A program made the position numbers and the translations under genes. A stretch of 61,206 nucleotides of DNA from Rhodospirillales bacterium (lineage in GTDB: Bacteria > Pseudomonadota > Alphaproteobacteria > Bin95): NCBI GenBank assembly GCA_038143065.1, contig JAYQLI010000005.1, positions 1-61,206 of the forward strand, written 5' to 3'. Below, in pieces: positions 57,464 through 61,206 of this stretch (position 1 is the stretch's first letter; every line of letters begins with the position of its first letter). Below the pieces are notes generated by a model, which saw nothing but the letters and a program-made list of their open reading frames with translations, did no database searches and was not told where the DNA came from.

Positions 57464-58214
57464 ATGCATTTATTTGGATATCGCTTACCCGGCATGTCAT
57501 CCCTGCTTTTATGGGGGGCTCTCTGGGAATTTATTGGGCAGGCTAAGGTTACGTTTTTTATTCCTCCATTAAGTAAGGTTTTGTCTACCCTTTACGAAGT
57601 TTTGGGGACCGTAGCTTTTCAAAATGCACTTAAAGAAACGGCCTATGCATTTTGTTCTGGGGTGCTTTACGCCGTGGTAATCGGAATAATTGTTGGAATA
57701 TTAATGGGTAAGAACCGCCTGATTGATGAGTTGTTACTCCCTTGTAAACGTATTTCTTAGTGCCCCCTTACGGCTTTAGTGCCCGTGTTAATGGTGCTTT
57801 TTGGGTTTGGCATGAAGTCTATCATTATCACCACGTCTCTTTTTGCTGTTTGGATTATCATCTTAAATACCCGTGCTGGTGTAAGACAGATTAACCGCTC
57901 TCTGGTAGAGATGGCGACCAGTTTTGGCGCCACGCCCCCTAAAGGCCTTTACAAAGATATATTTTTGGGCCGCATTGCCGGAAATTTTAGGAGGCGTCCG
58001 GATCGGAATTATAAGGGCAGTAAAGGGCGTGATTATAGGCCAATTACTTATTTCTATTGTGGGTTTTGGTGCTCTGTTTGAACTTTATTCGGCAAATTTT
58101 CTGATGAGTCACTTTTGGGCGGTTCTGATTGTTTTGTTTGCACTCGCTTTTTCAATTTCAGAGTTTTTGGCTTATTTAGAGCGGCGTGTAAGCTATTATG
58201 CTGCGAAGCGGTAA
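57464..58214 (+). CDS. NitT/TauT-family ABC permease
   Basis: SLVEMATSFGA EAA loop; AALPEILGGVRIG. Confidence 0.85.
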
Positions 58215-58464
58215 ACCGGCAATCTGCTTAAAACCTTTTATGCAGCTTCAAAATTTATGGGTCATTTTTTTGTTTCGCCCGCGTAAACTTAGTCTATGGT
58301 CCCTGCCTGCGCGTGTCTGGTGTTTATTTTCACGATGGATCAGATGTGGTGAGTATCAGGTCTGAAGTCGAAGTTCTTTAACCATATCTAAACCAATTCG
58401 TATTAAACTATGTGTCTCAAGACTAAGGGCAACGGGTAATAAATTTACTTACAGACGCATAAAA

Positions 58465-59065
58465 CTGTAGAGTTTTGGCTGAGTTTGCAGCGTAGTTTTT
58501 CGCGAATGTTGGTTTCTAACTACTGCCCAGCGGTGCTTGTGCTGCCTGTGGCTTGAGCCTTTCATAATCTGCTTGTGAGATTGCCGTGCTGATGGCAGGG
58601 GCATACCGGTTGTGGTGTCTTGCGGCTTAGGTGTATTCGCAGACTTTGGGATACTAGGCATTGGTGGTTTTGGTTGCCCCACAGTCTTTGCGGATTTTGA
58701 CTTACTCTTTGGCTTTGCATCCTTGGATCTGAGACGCGTGCCTAAAGCGTTCACGCAAGGAAGCTTGCCGTGTTTGCAAAAGTTTGATGTCATCCACAGC
58801 TTGCTCCAACACTGGTGCTCTTGGCCCCTTCTCAATCACATCAATAAACTGCGCATCTCCTCTCTTGTATCATCCATGGTAGAGTTTCCTTACGCGTCCA
58901 TCCTGTCTGGTTCTCGCCATATTTGATGGGCTTGTTTGGCGATTGCTTGATCACACAAATCTTTAAGGCGGTCAAAACATTGAACCCAGATTTTGTGAGT
59001 GTCCAGCCATTGCTGCCTCTCAACTTGTCTGCATAATGTCCAAGTTTATGGGAACATGTCTAACG
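58465..59065 (-). pseudogene. Decayed gene fragment of a mobile element, unassigned
   Basis: Broken coiled-coil-like, Pro-rich frames next to the truncated integrase; no recognisable motif. Confidence 0.25.
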
Positions 59066-59169
59066 TCAGCGCGTTTGGGACAGATTTGACGATTTGATCG
59101 AGGAGGATTTCTGGTTCATCTTTAGGGTTAAATATGCAGCCTGCCTTTGATGTTGCAAGCGGCGATATT

Positions 59170-60047
59170 GGATTGTCCGCGCGTTCATGGATGCGTTTGA
59201 GGTAATTGATGGTTCCGCTTCTGCAGATGATATCTCGCCCTGCCCGTTTTTCCCTGTCACGCTCATTTCAAGGTATTGAAGATCATTTTCCTCAAACAGC
59301 GTGATGTGTTTCCAGTTTAGGTTAAGTGCTTCAGTCCCATGGCGCATACCCGTGTTGGCCAATATGAGCACATAATCCCGCATGAGATATCGCATGTCGG
59401 TGGGTTTGCCAGCCTTACCATGTTTGATCCAGTGCGGCAGTTTACGGATCATTTGGCGTATTCTTCACGCGTAAAGTCTGGGCGCCGCTCGCTCTTCTCA
59501 CCTTTGTTCACAAGCATTGGGACGTTCTTATGTGCCAGAAACCCCCGTGCCACAGCTTCATCAAACACGCGGTTCATCGCAGAGTTATGTGTGTTGAGCG
59601 TACTTGCTTTGGGCTCCCTGCCCATCTTTGCTCTGCGCCACTCATAGAAGCTTTGCACCTTCTCATAGTCAATGGAGGTCACATACTGCGAACCAAAGTA
59701 GGGAACGAGGTATCGCTCGATGCAAACGATGTAATCTGCATAGACTTTCTTGCCCAATCCAGCATCCAGCTGTTTGCGCACAGTCAGCAATTGCAAGCCG
59801 CGCTAAGCATCTGAGAACTTCTTTGGTAATTACAGGGAGGTCGTTCTTATGTCTGCTGAAGTGTATTCTAAGTAAGTGTCTCGCGCAATTTCTTTGGCCT
59901 CATTGAGATCTTTTTTCCCAGTGCTGATCCCAATAGCTTTGCTATCAATGCTAAATGTAGCCTGCCATCTACGACTATGTTCGCAGGCGACACGAACCCT
60001 CACTCGTCCAAGATCAACACAGTATCATCTCGCAAGTGTCGAGCCAA
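59170..60047 (-). pseudogene. Tyrosine integrase (copy B, paralog of 8735-9999), 3'-truncated
   Basis: MIRKLPHWIK.GK...TDMRYLM.DYVLILANTGMRHG shared with copy A; homology stops near 59170, so HxLRH box II is missing. Confidence 0.85.
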
Positions 60048-60167
60048 TCTCCTTGCCAAATTATATGGCCCGCAACACTGACAAGTCTACCAATGTGTGC
60101 TTGATTAGACAAATCCAAAGAGAAAGACACTGCTATTCTTTTCAAACACGTTTAAAATTTGTGTTAC

Positions 60168-61021
60168 TTACAAAAATTCTTTTCAAAAGTCAAACTGATG
60201 CATCGTGCCTCTCAAGAAGTTGACTAGAAGGCGCCGGAAGTGCGGTTAACCATCCGCCCACGTTGAACGCAAATCGTTCGTTGATTTTTTCAGCCCACTC
60301 TAAAACATGCTTGCAATGGTCACATCCAAAATTTCCAGCTTTATACAATCTACCAAGCAACAGCTGTCCATACCAAGGCCAAATACTACACTCGCAATTG
60401 AACAGCTGGACCACTTACAAATTGCATCGGGCCAGGCGCTGAATAAAAACATTAGCTGTCGTTAGCTCCATAGCAAAACGATCAATCGCATATTTATTTT
60501 TTCAGGCGCATAACTAGAAAAACACCAAACCCTCCACCAAGGTAAAAGGCGCACTACCCATTTGCCAAAAAAGCCAAGATAAACACTCTGTTCTTTCAGT
60601 TGGGTTCTCGGGAATGAATCTCACCAAATTTCTCAGCCAAGTATAGACAGTGCTCCAGACTTCAAAAACTCGTTGTGGCTTTTCCTAAATCGCAATCCAT
60701 TAGAGCTGGAACCTTTGAACCTGGATTAACTTTCACAAATCCTGGTGGAAACTGATTCCCATCGTTAATCCGACAAACCCCAAGCATCATATTCAGCTCC
60801 CGAGTGCCTTCCAGCAACAATATCCTCTAGCATAATAAGTTATCGTGACACCATTTGGAGTTCCTCGAGAATAAAGCTGAAGAGGATGGCGCCCCTTCGG
60901 GTAAATCCTTCTCATGTGTCGCGCCGGCGGTAGGACGGTTAATGCTGGAAAATGTGCCTCCATTATCGCCAGCCATTGTCCACATATTTTATGCAGGCTC
61001 ATAGCCAGTTGGATAACTCAT
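60168..61021 (-). CDS. yghU: Glutathione-dependent disulfide-bond oxidoreductase (GST), error-rich
   Basis: GGTFSSINRPTAGATHEKDL..GRHPLQLYS.GTPNG; IWPWYG.L.LG.LY.A; RGRMVNR; ERHDAS. Confidence 0.75.
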
Positions 61022-61206
61022 GTTTGTTTTCCTTTGTTTTGAACTCAACCTCCTCCGACTAAAATCGAAGGGTTCGGATCTTTGAGAGCGCCTTCGGTGC
61101 ACAGTAGGATCTTTTCCGACTGAATTCGGAGGTTTTCAAACGAGATTTTTAGAAAATAAACTTCGTTAACCGCTTCAGATGCTAATTATGCTGCTGTGAC
61201 AGCTCT

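Overview
This is a 61 kb window from a marine alphaproteobacterium, probably Roseobacter group (inferred from gene content). The consensus is unpolished long-read-like and rich in indels, so most split ORFs are probably single genes. The left end holds a BlaI/M56 pair and a glycerol-type ABC operon (glpVSTPQU-like); the right end holds a yghU-like GST. Between them (~8.7-60.1 kb) is an additive genomic island built at tRNA-Phe. It contains four tRNA-Phe 3' fragments of different lengths (10245, 25608, 51571, 52957; no intact tRNA in the window) and four tyrosine integrases from three families. Element 1 (10.3-25.6 kb) carries satellite/phage packaging relics, a DUF2075 helicase, a polymerase-like gene and many ~90-130 aa proteins. 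Most strikingly, it holds a tandem array in which each small cargo gene lies between a terS 3' fragment and, usually, a terL 5' fragment. Element 2 (25.6-53.0 kb) is tycheposon/satellite-like. It has a primase-helicase, iteron origin, integrase, ~22 kb of sugar/sugar-acid uptake and catabolism cargo, ~930 bp inverted repeats, and an integrase flanked by inverted att sites. Element 3 (53.0-60.1 kb) carries a NitT/TauT ABC transporter plus an FAH-family enzyme.
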